Positions 45,501-56,054 of a stretch of 56,869 nt of DNA are shown piece by piece; the first letter of the stretch is position 1; each line of letters starts with the position of its first letter. The DNA is taken from contig JBGQHJ010000011.1 in assembly GCA_041497895.1 (NCBI GenBank), positions 1 to 56,869 of the forward strand. The letters run 5' to 3'. Source of the stretch: Candidatus Methylomirabilia bacterium. GTDB lineage: Bacteria; Methylomirabilota; Methylomirabilia; Rokubacteriales; CSP1-6. Under the pieces are notes generated by a model, which saw only the letters and a list, made by a program, of their open reading frames with translations, made no database searches and was not told the origin of the DNA. A program made the position numbers and the translations under genes.

Positions 45501-45911
45501 ATGTTCGGACGACGGGGCAAGGCACCGCGGCGGAGCGAGCTCACCGCCTTCATCGACGAGGGGTCGGAGATGGAGGGCCGGTACACCTTCCGCGGCACCG
45601 TGATGCTGAACGGCAAGTTCAAGGGCGAGATCAGCTCCGGCGACACCCTGATCATCGGGGAGCGGGCGGTCCTCCACGCCGACGTCCGGGCCGGCCGGGT
45701 GATGGTGAGCGGCGAGGTCACGGGCAACCTGCGGGCCACCGAGCGCGTGGAGCTCAAGCGCACCGCGCGGGTCTACGGCGACGTCGAGGCCCCGGTGGTG
45801 GTGGTGGAGGAGGGCGTGCTCTTCGAGGGGCACTGCCGCATGGCCAAGCCGAGCCCGGTGGCGGAGGTTGGCGCCGCGCGCGACCTCGCGGTCGTGCCGC
45901 TCAAGCGGTGA
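45501..45911 (+). CDS. Bactofilin (polymer-forming cytoskeletal protein)
   Basis: Beta-helix repeats G.FKGEI, V.G.V.GN, GVLFEG.C.M; MFG N-terminus. Confidence 0.92.
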   Translation: MFGRRGKAPRRSELTAFIDEGSEMEGRYTFRGTVMLNGKFKGEISSGDTLIIGERAVLHADVRAGRVMVSGEVTGNLRATERVELKRTARVYGDVEAPVVVVEEGVLFEGHCRMAKPSPVAEVGAARDLAVVPLKR

Positions 45912-45913
45912 CG

Positions 45914-46837
45914 ATGGGCAAGCCCAAGCAGTTCAACCTGCTGATGGTGCGGGACGACGGCAGCCGCGTGATGCGGCTGTCGATCCCGGGCTGGGTGGTG
46001 GGCGCGGTCGTGGGCGGGCTCGTGGTGACCTTGATCGGGCTCGCGTTCATCTATCCCGACTACGTCACGCTCCGGCACCAGCGGGGCACCTTCGCGGCCT
46101 TGAGCGCCCGGCTGCACACCCAGCAGGTCCTCCTCGACGCGGCCCAGTCGCGCCTGCGCGAGATCCGCGGCGAGATCGACAGCTGGCGCGATCTACACGC
46201 GAAGATCTGGGAGCCCTTCGGGCCCGAGGCCGGTCCCGCCAAGCGGGGCATGGGCATCGGCGGCGGGAACGCGGGCGCGGAGATCTCGGACGCCGGCCGG
46301 GCTCCGGTGCGCGAGGACATGGACCGGCTGCTCGGGGTCGTCAAGGAAGAGGGCGAGTCGATCCGGACCCTCGAGCGATTCCTGGGGCGCGCGAGCCGGG
46401 TGCTCGCGTCGCTGCCGTCGCGCTGGCCGGTGCGCGGCCCGGTGAACTCCGACTTCGGGCAGCGCCGGTCGCCGTGGGCCCCCAATTCCGAGTTCCATAG
46501 CGGCATCGACATCGGGGCGACGATCGGCACCCCGGTGAAGGCGCCCGCTCCCGGCACCGTGGTGTTCGCGGGCGAGCACCCCGAGTACGGCGTCACCCTC
46601 ATCATCGACCACGGCAACGACACCAAGTCGCTCTACGGTCACCTGTCCAAGCTGAACGTCGCGCTGGATCAGCAGGTGCAGCGGGGCGACACGGTGGCAT
46701 ACACCGGCAACACCGGCCGTTCGTCGGGCCCCCATCTCCACTACGAGATCCAGGTCAAGGGCCAGCCGGTGAATCCCCACAGCTACATCTGGGAAGAGCC
46801 GGGCCCCGCGGTCGCCAAGGCCGGCGGCCGGCGCTGA
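45914..46837 (+). CDS. M23 family peptidase with TM and coiled coil
   Basis: HSGID, YGHL, GNTGRSSGPHLHYE. Confidence 0.93.
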   Translation: MGKPKQFNLLMVRDDGSRVMRLSIPGWVVGAVVGGLVVTLIGLAFIYPDYVTLRHQRGTFAALSARLHTQQVLLDAAQSRLREIRGEIDSWRDLHAKIWEPFGPEAGPAKRGMGIGGGNAGAEISDAGRAPVREDMDRLLGVVKEEGESIRTLERFLGRASRVLASLPSRWPVRGPVNSDFGQRRSPWAPNSEFHSGIDIGATIGTPVKAPAPGTVVFAGEHPEYGVTLIIDHGNDTKSLYGHLSKLNVALDQQVQRGDTVAYTGNTGRSSGPHLHYEIQVKGQPVNPHSYIWEEPGPAVAKAGGRR

Positions 46838-46866
46838 GAGCCGGACCGGGTCGGGGCCGGGGGCCG

Positions 46867-47679
46867 TCAGGCCCCGCGGTGCTTTCGCAGGAACTCCAGG
46901 CAGACCGCGTTGAACCGTTCCATCTGCTCGATGAAGTGCAGGTGGCCCGCGTCGGGGATCGTCACCAGCTCCGCGCCCGGGATCCGCGCGTGCAGCTCGC
47001 GCGAGGACGCGGGCGGGACCAGGATGTCCTCCGCGCCGGTGGTGAGCAGGGTCGGCACCCGGATCTCGCCGAGGCGCGCGGTGGTGTCGTGGGCCCGGAT
47101 CGCGTCGGCCTGGCGCGCGAGCCCCTCGTAGCCGGTCGGGTAGGGGTAGGCCAGCGCACGCTCGATCCAGAAGCGGATGAAGTCCGGCCGCTCGACCATG
47201 GTCTTGCGGCAGAGGAGCCAGGGCATGACCGCGCGGACGTTCTCCTCGCGATCGCCGCGCGCCTTCACCGCGACCAGCGTGTCGATCAGGAAGTGCCCGT
47301 ACGCGTCGATGATGGGCGCGGTGCAGTGGAGCTGGAGCGTCCGGACCCGCGCGGGATGTCGCAGGGCCAGCTCCTGCGCGATCATGCCGCCCATGGAGGC
47401 GCCGCAGATGTGCGCGCGCGCGAGGCCGAGGGCGTCCATCAGCCCCACCACGTCCGCGGCCATGCCGGGGATGGTGTAGGGCCCCTCCGGCACGTCGCTC
47501 TGCCCGACGCCGCGGTTGTCGAGCGCGATCACCCGGTGGTCGACGGCCAGGGCGGGAACCTGGAAGGCCCACGCGGTGTGATCGCCGCCCCAGCCCATGA
47601 TCAGCACCAGCGGGGGCGCGTCGGGCGCGCCGGTCTCCTCGTAGAAGAGGCGGACGCCGTTCGCGCTGACGGTGGGCAT
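46867..47679 (-). CDS. Alpha/beta hydrolase
   Basis: DNRGVGQS, GASMGG, AGH. Confidence 0.9.
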   Translation of the reverse strand: MPTVSANGVRLFYEETGAPDAPPLVLIMGWGGDHTAWAFQVPALAVDHRVIALDNRGVGQSDVPEGPYTIPGMAADVVGLMDALGLARAHICGASMGGMIAQELALRHPARVRTLQLHCTAPIIDAYGHFLIDTLVAVKARGDREENVRAVMPWLLCRKTMVERPDFIRFWIERALAYPYPTGYEGLARQADAIRAHDTTARLGEIRVPTLLTTGAEDILVPPASSRELHARIPGAELVTIPDAGHLHFIEQMERFNAVCLEFLRKHRGA

Positions 47680-47684
47680 CGCGA

Positions 47685-48581
47685 TCAGGCGGAGACGGCG
47701 GCGAGGATCTCGTCCAGCTCGGCGTGGGTGCCCGCGTCGAGCACCGGCGCGGGCGGGCGCACGAGGGCGGAGGCGATCCAGCCGCGGCGCCGCAGGATCT
47801 CCTTGCGGATGCCGACCGCGGTGCCGGGCGTGGCTCCCGGCTGGCTCTCGTAGCGGATCAGCGGGAGCCAGCGGTAGAAGAGCGCACGCGCCTCGTCGCG
47901 GCGACCGGCGACGAAGTGCTCGCGGATGGCCCGCAGCGCCTCCGGGTAGGGGAAGCCGGTCATGGCCCCGTCCGCGCCGCGCGAGAGCTCCTCGAAGAAG
48001 TAGACGCCCCCGAGGCCGCCGAAGATCGCGACCCGGCTCCCGAAGAGGGCGCGCAGACGCGTGATCTTCGGCAGGGTCGGCGGCTCCTCGAGCTTGACCG
48101 CCTCGATCGCCGAGATGTCGGCGCAGACCTGGGCGATGAAGGGCGCCGGCATGTTGACCTGGGTGGTGACCGGCTCGTCCTGCAGCACGATCGGCAGCCC
48201 GGTGGCCGCGGCGACTATGCGGTAGTGCTCCGCCACCGTGTCCAGGTTCTTGAGGCCGGTAGGCGGGGCCACCATGAGCGCGTCGGCGCCGTGCTCGCGC
48301 GCCATGCGGGCGAAGGCGGTGGCCAGGTGCGTTCCCGACGCGGACACGCCCACCGCGACCGGCACACGGCCCCGCACCTCCTTGACCACGGTCTCGACCA
48401 CGCGGCGGCGCTCCTCGTCGGTGAGCCGGTGCGCCTCGCCCGCGATGCCCAGGATGGTGAAGCCGGTGATCCCGGTAGCGAGCGCGCATTCGACCAGGCG
48501 CGGCAGGCCGTCGGTGTCGAGCGCGCCGTCCTCGCGGAACGGGGTGGCGAGGATGTGGAAGACGCCGGACCAGGCGATCAT
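47685..48581 (-). CDS. DapA-family aldolase/dehydratase (not true DapA)
   Basis: TPF, GIAGE, QDEP, KLE; lacks GTTGE. Confidence 0.85.
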   Translation of the reverse strand: MIAWSGVFHILATPFREDGALDTDGLPRLVECALATGITGFTILGIAGEAHRLTDEERRRVVETVVKEVRGRVPVAVGVSASGTHLATAFARMAREHGADALMVAPPTGLKNLDTVAEHYRIVAAATGLPIVLQDEPVTTQVNMPAPFIAQVCADISAIEAVKLEEPPTLPKITRLRALFGSRVAIFGGLGGVYFFEELSRGADGAMTGFPYPEALRAIREHFVAGRRDEARALFYRWLPLIRYESQPGATPGTAVGIRKEILRRRGWIASALVRPPAPVLDAGTHAELDEILAAVSA

Positions 48582-48701
48582 GGCCGGTCAGCTGAGGCCG
48601 TGAACGGTTGAAGCCATGGCTGAGTTTGGCGAGCCGCAGCCGAAGGCGAGGCGAGCGGATACCAAAGAGGGGTCACCGCGGAGAGGCCGCGACGGGTTGT
48701 C

Positions 48702-49676
<975 letters not shown>

Positions 49677-49685
49677 GGGTGGCCT

Positions 49686-50663
<978 letters not shown>

Positions 50664-50697
50664 AGGGTGCGGCCTCCTCTGACGGGGGTGCGGGCGG

Positions 50698-51735
50698 CTA
50701 CCAGGCCGCCGTGATCTCTCGGAAGGCCTCGAGGGCCCGCGCGATGTCGTCGGCGTCGACGTCCTTGTGGGTGACACACCGGATGGTGCCGGGACCGGTC
50801 TGGTGGATCTTCACCTTCCGGGCCAGGCAGCCGGTGACCAGCTCGGCGGCGCCACCGTCCTTGTCCAAGCGGAAGATGACGATGTTGGTCTGCACCGTGG
50901 CCAGGTCGAGCGTGACCCGCGGCAGCTTGGCCACGCCCTCCGCGAGCCGGCGGCAGTTGGCGTGGTCCTCGGCGAGCCGGTCGACCATCGACTCGAGGGC
51001 GACGAGGCCCGCCGCGGCCAGCACCCCGACCTGGCGCATCCCGCCGCCGAGCATCTTGCGGACCCGCCGCGCGCGCGCCACGAGCTCGCGCGACCCACAG
51101 ACCAGCGAGCCCACCGGGGCGGCCAGGCCCTTGGAGAGGCAGAAGGTGACCGAGTCGACCGGTCGCGCGAAGTCGGCGGCCGGGCGCCCGAGCGCCACCG
51201 CGGCGTTGAAGAGGCGCGCCCCGTCCAGGTGCACCGGCACGCCGGCGGCGTGGGCCGCGGCCGCCACCGCCTCGATCTCCTCCGGCGTGCAGCAGGTCCC
51301 GCCGTGGCGATTGTGGGTGTTCTCGAGGCAGACCAGGCCAGTGGTGGGGATATGGATGTTGCTCGGCCGGATGTGCTCCCGCACCTGCTCGGGGGTGAGG
51401 AAGCCGCGCTGGGTCTTGAGCGGCAGGGTCTGGACGCCGCCGAACACCGCCGCCCCCGCGCCCTCGTAGTTGAAGACGTGCGAGTCGGCGTCGAGGATGA
51501 CCTCCTGGCCCGCGCGGGTCTGGGCCAGCACCGAGACCAGGTTGCCCTGGGTTCCGGAGGAGACGAAGAGCGCGGCCTCCTTGCCGGTGCGGCGGGCCGC
51601 GATCTCCTCGAGCCGCCGGACGGTCGGGTCCTCCTCCCACACGTCGTCGCCCACCTCGGCCCGGGCCATCGCCTCCCGCATGGCCTGGGTGGGCAGCGTC
51701 AGCGTATCCGAGCGCAGGTCGACGACGTCGTGCAT
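50698..51735 (-). CDS. ltaE: Low-specificity L-threonine aldolase
   Basis: DLRSDT, ENTHN, HLDGAR, CLSKGL, GGGMRQ. Confidence 0.94.
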   Translation of the reverse strand: MHDVVDLRSDTLTLPTQAMREAMARAEVGDDVWEEDPTVRRLEEIAARRTGKEAALFVSSGTQGNLVSVLAQTRAGQEVILDADSHVFNYEGAGAAVFGGVQTLPLKTQRGFLTPEQVREHIRPSNIHIPTTGLVCLENTHNRHGGTCCTPEEIEAVAAAAHAAGVPVHLDGARLFNAAVALGRPAADFARPVDSVTFCLSKGLAAPVGSLVCGSRELVARARRVRKMLGGGMRQVGVLAAAGLVALESMVDRLAEDHANCRRLAEGVAKLPRVTLDLATVQTNIVIFRLDKDGGAAELVTGCLARKVKIHQTGPGTIRCVTHKDVDADDIARALEAFREITAAW

Positions 51736-51743
51736 GGACCGAT

Positions 51744-52517
51744 TCACCTCGTGGCGGTCTGGAGGCGCTGCGCGGCGCGCTTGCCCCAATCGGTGTACGG
51801 GTACTCCTCGGCCGCCTGGCGGAACATGCGCTGGGCGTCCTCGGTGCGGCCGTCGCTCTGGTAGACCTCGCCCAGCCGGAACAGTGCCTCCGGTGTCACG
51901 AGCGTGCGCGGGTAGTCCTTGATGACCTTCTCGAGCCGCTGGCGACCCGCGGACGGGTTGCCCTGGTTGATGTAGTAGGCCGCCACCCACAGCTCTTTCT
52001 GGGCGAGGCGCCCTCGGCAGATGTCGATCTTGGCCAGGGCGTCGGCCGCGTACCGGCTCTCCGGGTACTCGCGCACGAGCAACCGGAAGGCCTCCATCGC
52101 CTTGCGTGTGATCTCCTGGTCCTGCTCCACCGGCTTCATCTGGTCGTAATAGCTCATGGCGAGCCGGAACTGGACCAGATCGGAGATCTCGTGGCGGGGA
52201 TAGAACGACATGAAGCCCTCGAACTCCTTGATGGCTTTGTCGAACTGTCCCTCGCGATAGAACGCCTCGCCGATCAGGAAGCGGGCGCGGGGTGCGTAGG
52301 TCGACTGCGGGTGCCGCTCCGCCACCTTGCGGAACGCGGTGCGCGCCTCGTCGAAGCGGCCCTTGTTGAGCTGGGTCTCACCCTCGGCGTAGAGCTCCGA
52401 CGCGGGGGGCAGCGCCTGCGGGCGCTGGCGAAAGAAATCCACCAGCGTCGTGCACCCGCTCAGGAGCAGGAGCAGACTCACCAACGTCACGGAAACCGAG
52501 AGGAATTTGATGCGCAT
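51744..52517 (-). CDS. bamD: Outer membrane protein assembly factor BamD
   Basis: Lipobox LSGC, TPR repeats, DQ..T..A, YP.S.YA..A. Confidence 0.88.
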   Translation of the reverse strand: MRIKFLSVSVTLVSLLLLLSGCTTLVDFFRQRPQALPPASELYAEGETQLNKGRFDEARTAFRKVAERHPQSTYAPRARFLIGEAFYREGQFDKAIKEFEGFMSFYPRHEISDLVQFRLAMSYYDQMKPVEQDQEITRKAMEAFRLLVREYPESRYAADALAKIDICRGRLAQKELWVAAYYINQGNPSAGRQRLEKVIKDYPRTLVTPEALFRLGEVYQSDGRTEDAQRMFRQAAEEYPYTDWGKRAAQRLQTATR

Positions 52518-52548
52518 CGGCCAGGGGTCGGCCATCGATTGGCCCCCA

Positions 52549-52577
52549 GTTGTAAGGGTGGAAGTCTGGAAAGTCAA
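52549..52577 (-). promoter_or_regulatory. sigma70 promoter for bamD operon
   Basis: TTGACT-17-TACAAC. Confidence 0.55.
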
Positions 52578-52719
52578 GGACATCGTACGGGGGTGACGGC
52601 CGGCCGGCGAAGGGAGTGGCCGGGGGCTCCGGCCGACCGGGGAAGGCCGCCCGGCCGCCGGGCGCGGTGTACCCTAAGCTCACGGATAGCTGATCGATCC
52701 AGGAAAGGAGCCGAGACAC

Positions 52720-52986
52720 GTGAGCGCGAGAGTCGAGAGCGAGGTCAAGGCGTCGCAACGGGCCCTGCTGCTGGGATGCGTCGGGCTGGCGCTGACCGTG
52801 GTCCCCCGCCGGGCCGGTGCGCAGCAGAAGGCGGCCCAGAAGGTGGTCCAGTATCAGGAGAAGCCCAAGGGAGCGCAGCAGTGCGACAAGTGCCTGCACT
52901 TCCTGGCGCCGAACAGCTGCAAGCTGGTGGAGGGGAAGATCAACCCCAAGGGGTGGTGCGTCCTCTTCGCCCCCAAGCCGAAATAG
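52720..52986 (+). CDS. High-potential iron-sulfur protein (HiPIP)
   Basis: VQYQ..P...CDKC..F....C..V.G.I.P.GWC; SD AAGGAG. Confidence 0.88.
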   Translation: MSARVESEVKASQRALLLGCVGLALTVVPRRAGAQQKAAQKVVQYQEKPKGAQQCDKCLHFLAPNSCKLVEGKINPKGWCVLFAPKPK

Positions 52987-53011
52987 GGGCCGGGGGCCGC
53001 CCCGGCACGCG

Positions 53012-53986
53012 CTAACCGCCCCGAAGGCTCCGATCCAGCAGGCGGACGCACGCGTAGACGGTCCGGAGGTGGGGGAGCGAGAGGCGGAGGAGATCGGCGA
53101 TCTCCACGACCGATCCGACCAGCGCATCGATCTCGAGCGGGCGCCCGCTCTCGACGTCCTGGAGCATCGACGTCTTGTGGGCCCCGACCTTCTCCGCGCC
53201 CGCGAGCCGCTGGTCCACCCCGATCGCGAGCTCGATCCCGAGCGCGCGGGCGACCGCATCCGCTTCCTCCATGATCGCCCGGGCGACCGCGCGCATCTCG
53301 GGGTCGGTGGCGATCTCGGCCATGGTCGCCCGGGTCAGCGCGCTCAGCGGGTTGAAGCAGACGTTGCCGAGCAGCTTGAGCCAGATCTCGTCGCGGATCC
53401 GCGGCCGAATGGGGGCCTTGAGCCCGCCCTTGATGAGCGCGGCCGCGATCGCCCGGCAGCGCTCGGTCGTCGTCCCGTCGAGCTCGCCGAGCGAGAAGCG
53501 GCTGCCCTCGACGTGCTCTATGACGCCGGGGGCGACCAAGCTGGTAGCCGGGTAGACGACGCAGCCCACCACGCGTCGCGCGTCGATGTGCGAGGCGATG
53601 ACGCCGCCGGGGTCCACGGAGCGGAGCCGCGTGCCCTCGAGCGGGCCACCGTGGCGCTCGAAGTACCACCACGGGATGCCGTTCTGGGCCGTCACCACCG
53701 CGGTGTCGGGCCCGAGGAGCGGGCCGAGGCGGGGCGCCATCTCGGGCAGGCTGTGCGCCTTGAGGGTCAGGATGACCGCGTCCGCGCCGGCGACCACCGC
53801 GAGATCGTCGGTGCAGGGCGGCCGGGCCACGAAGGAGCCGTCGGCGGCGCGGACCTCGACGCCCCGCTCGCGCATCGCGGCCAGGTGTGCGCCGCGCGCG
53901 ACCAGCGTAACGTCCACGCCGCCCCGGGCCAGGCGGGCGCCGAGGAAGGCTCCGGTGGCGCCCGCCCCGACGACTACGATCTTAAT
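53012..53986 (-). CDS. Ketopantoate reductase family, PanE2/oxalyl-CoA reductase-like; probable ATT start
   Basis: KIVVVGAGATG upstream of ORF-track start; QNGIPWWYF, WLKL.GN..FNP, GAHKTSMLQD. Confidence 0.88.
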   Translation of the reverse strand: MKIVVVGAGATGAFLGARLARGGVDVTLVARGAHLAAMRERGVEVRAADGSFVARPPCTDDLAVVAGADAVILTLKAHSLPEMAPRLGPLLGPDTAVVTAQNGIPWWYFERHGGPLEGTRLRSVDPGGVIASHIDARRVVGCVVYPATSLVAPGVIEHVEGSRFSLGELDGTTTERCRAIAAALIKGGLKAPIRPRIRDEIWLKLLGNVCFNPLSALTRATMAEIATDPEMRAVARAIMEEADAVARALGIELAIGVDQRLAGAEKVGAHKTSMLQDVESGRPLEIDALVGSVVEIADLLRLSLPHLRTVYACVRLLDRSLRGG

Positions 53987-53996
53987 GGCACGATCC

Positions 53997-55961
53997 TCAT
54001 GGCGTCCCGCGCAGCAGGCTCGGCATCCGGGTGCGCTGGATCTTCCCGGTGGACCCCTTCGGGATGCTGTCGACCAGGTAGAGACGGGTGGGGATCTTGA
54101 AGTCGGCGAGGTGCTCGCGGCAGTGGCGCAGGAGCTGGGCCACGGTCGCCTCCGCGCGGAGGACCACCGCGGCCTCGACGACCTCGCCCCAGGTGTCGTG
54201 CGGTACCCCGAAGCTCACCGCCTCCGCGACCGCCGGATGCTTCAGCAGCACGTCGTCGATCTCGTGCGGGGCGATTTTCTCGCCCGCGCGGTTGATCATC
54301 TCCTTGAGGCGTCCGACGAGGGTGAGGTAGCCTGCCGAGTCGAGGAAGCCCTGGTCGCCGGTCCGGAACCAGCCGTTGGTGAAGGAGCGCGCGTCGGCCT
54401 CGGGGTTGTCGTCGTAGCCGTCGATGACGCTCGGCCCCTGGATCACGACCTCCCCGCTCGCGCCCACGGTCAGGAGCTGGCCCTGCGCGTCCATCACCCC
54501 GATGCGCACTCCGATCCCGCGGCCGACCGAGCCCGATACCCGCGAGGCCGGGGGTAGCGGGTTCGAGGCGATCTGATGCGAGGCCTCGGTCATGCCGTAG
54601 GCCTCGAGGCACGGCACCCCGAAGGCCTCCTCCAGCCCGAGCAGCGTCGCCTCGTGGAGCTTGGAGCTGGCCGAGCGGATGAACCGCAGCGAGCTGCCGG
54701 GGTGGGCGCGCTCCCGCTGGCGCGCCAGGATGAGCTGGTGGATGGTCGGCACCGCGGTGTACCAGGTCGGCTTCTGCGCGGTGAGGATGCGCCGGAAGCC
54801 CACCGGGTTGAAGCGCACCGGCATGACCACGGTCCCGCCGGACGCGAAGGTCGAGAGCGTGCAGCCGACCAGGCCGTGGATGTGGAAGAGCGGCATCACG
54901 CAGAGCGTGGTGTCGAGCGACGAGAGCCCGTAGGTCGCGACGATGTTGCGGGCCGAGCTCGCGAGGTTCCGGTGCCGGAGCGCGGCACGCTTCGGCCGGC
55001 CGGTGGTCCCGCTGCTGTGCAGCACGAGCGCGACATCGTCCGGCCCCGGGCTGCTCGCGGTGCGCCGCGCCGCGCCGCGGATCGACGTCTCCAGCCAGAG
55101 CTTGCCGTCGGCCTCGATCGCGATCTCGACGAGCAGCGCCCCCGCCGGCCAGGCCCGGCGCGCCGCCTCCCCGCCGCCGCGGGGCACGATGAGGGCGCTG
55201 GCCGCGACGTCCTCGAGGTAGTAGCGGAGCTCGTCCTCGGTACAGGCGGGGTTCATCGGCGCGGCCGCGGCCGCGACCGCCGCCCCGAGGATCGCGACCA
55301 CCGCCTCGGGCCCGTTGCCGAGCACGATCGCGACGCGGTCCGCCCGCGCCACGCCGAACGACGCGAGCGTGTCCGCGACCCGACCCACGTGGTGGCGCAG
55401 CATCCGGTAGGTGAGCTCCGGCCCCTCCGGGACCACCACCGCCGGGACGGTGGCGCGCCCGACGTCGAGGAGGGAGAGCACGGTGCTCGTGAGGTCGGAG
55501 GCCACCGGGGGCAGCGCCTCGACCGCGGCGCTCGGTCCCACCGCGCCGTGGGCGCCGGCCGCGGGGCCGCGGCGGAGCTTCATGAGCAGGTCGCGCATCG
55601 AGATGATGCCGACCAGCTTGCCCCCCGCCACCACCGGGATGTGCCGGTAGCCGTGGGCCGCGAACCGTCGGAAGGCGTCGATGACCTCCTCCGACTCCTG
55701 GACGGTGTCGGGGTCTACGGTCATGTAGTCGCCGACGAGGGCGGTCCGGGCGTCGGCCGCGCCGGCCGCGAAGCGGACCAGGTCGCGCTCGGTCAGGATG
55801 CCGATCGGGGCCTCGTCGCGCACCACCACGACCGAGCCGACTCGCCGCGCGTACATGAGGGAGGCCGCGTCCGCGACGCTCGCCCCCGCCTCGGTGGTCA
55901 GCACGGAGCGGCTCATGATGTCGCCCACCGTCAGGGCCCGGGTCGGCGGGGGGCTGGCCAT
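53997..55961 (-). CDS. CBS-pair fused acyl-CoA synthetase (oxalate-CoA ligase-like)
   Basis: CBS (VGDIMS, GILTERD, RHIPVV, GIISMRD); SSGTTGRPK, PLFHIHGL, WYTAVPTIHQ, YGMTEASHQ, TGKIQR. Confidence 0.88.
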   Translation of the reverse strand: MASPPPTRALTVGDIMSRSVLTTEAGASVADAASLMYARRVGSVVVVRDEAPIGILTERDLVRFAAGAADARTALVGDYMTVDPDTVQESEEVIDAFRRFAAHGYRHIPVVAGGKLVGIISMRDLLMKLRRGPAAGAHGAVGPSAAVEALPPVASDLTSTVLSLLDVGRATVPAVVVPEGPELTYRMLRHHVGRVADTLASFGVARADRVAIVLGNGPEAVVAILGAAVAAAAAPMNPACTEDELRYYLEDVAASALIVPRGGGEAARRAWPAGALLVEIAIEADGKLWLETSIRGAARRTASSPGPDDVALVLHSSGTTGRPKRAALRHRNLASSARNIVATYGLSSLDTTLCVMPLFHIHGLVGCTLSTFASGGTVVMPVRFNPVGFRRILTAQKPTWYTAVPTIHQLILARQRERAHPGSSLRFIRSASSKLHEATLLGLEEAFGVPCLEAYGMTEASHQIASNPLPPASRVSGSVGRGIGVRIGVMDAQGQLLTVGASGEVVIQGPSVIDGYDDNPEADARSFTNGWFRTGDQGFLDSAGYLTLVGRLKEMINRAGEKIAPHEIDDVLLKHPAVAEAVSFGVPHDTWGEVVEAAVVLRAEATVAQLLRHCREHLADFKIPTRLYLVDSIPKGSTGKIQRTRMPSLLRGTP

Positions 55962-56018
55962 GCATCCCATCCTAGCCCACGGCCGATCGACCCGGGCCGT
56001 GCAGTTGGGCGACCGACG

Positions 56019-56048
56019 TTGACAGGCCCCGGGGCCGCTTCATATCAT
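56019..56048 (+). promoter_or_regulatory. sigma70 promoter, leaderless
   Basis: TTGACA-18-TATCAT; ATG 6 nt downstream. Confidence 0.7.
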
Positions 56049-56054
56049 CGCGCC

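Noticed and set aside
47685..48581. Second true dapA
   Set aside because: Lacks GTTGE and YN.P.RT motifs; a different DapA-family enzyme.
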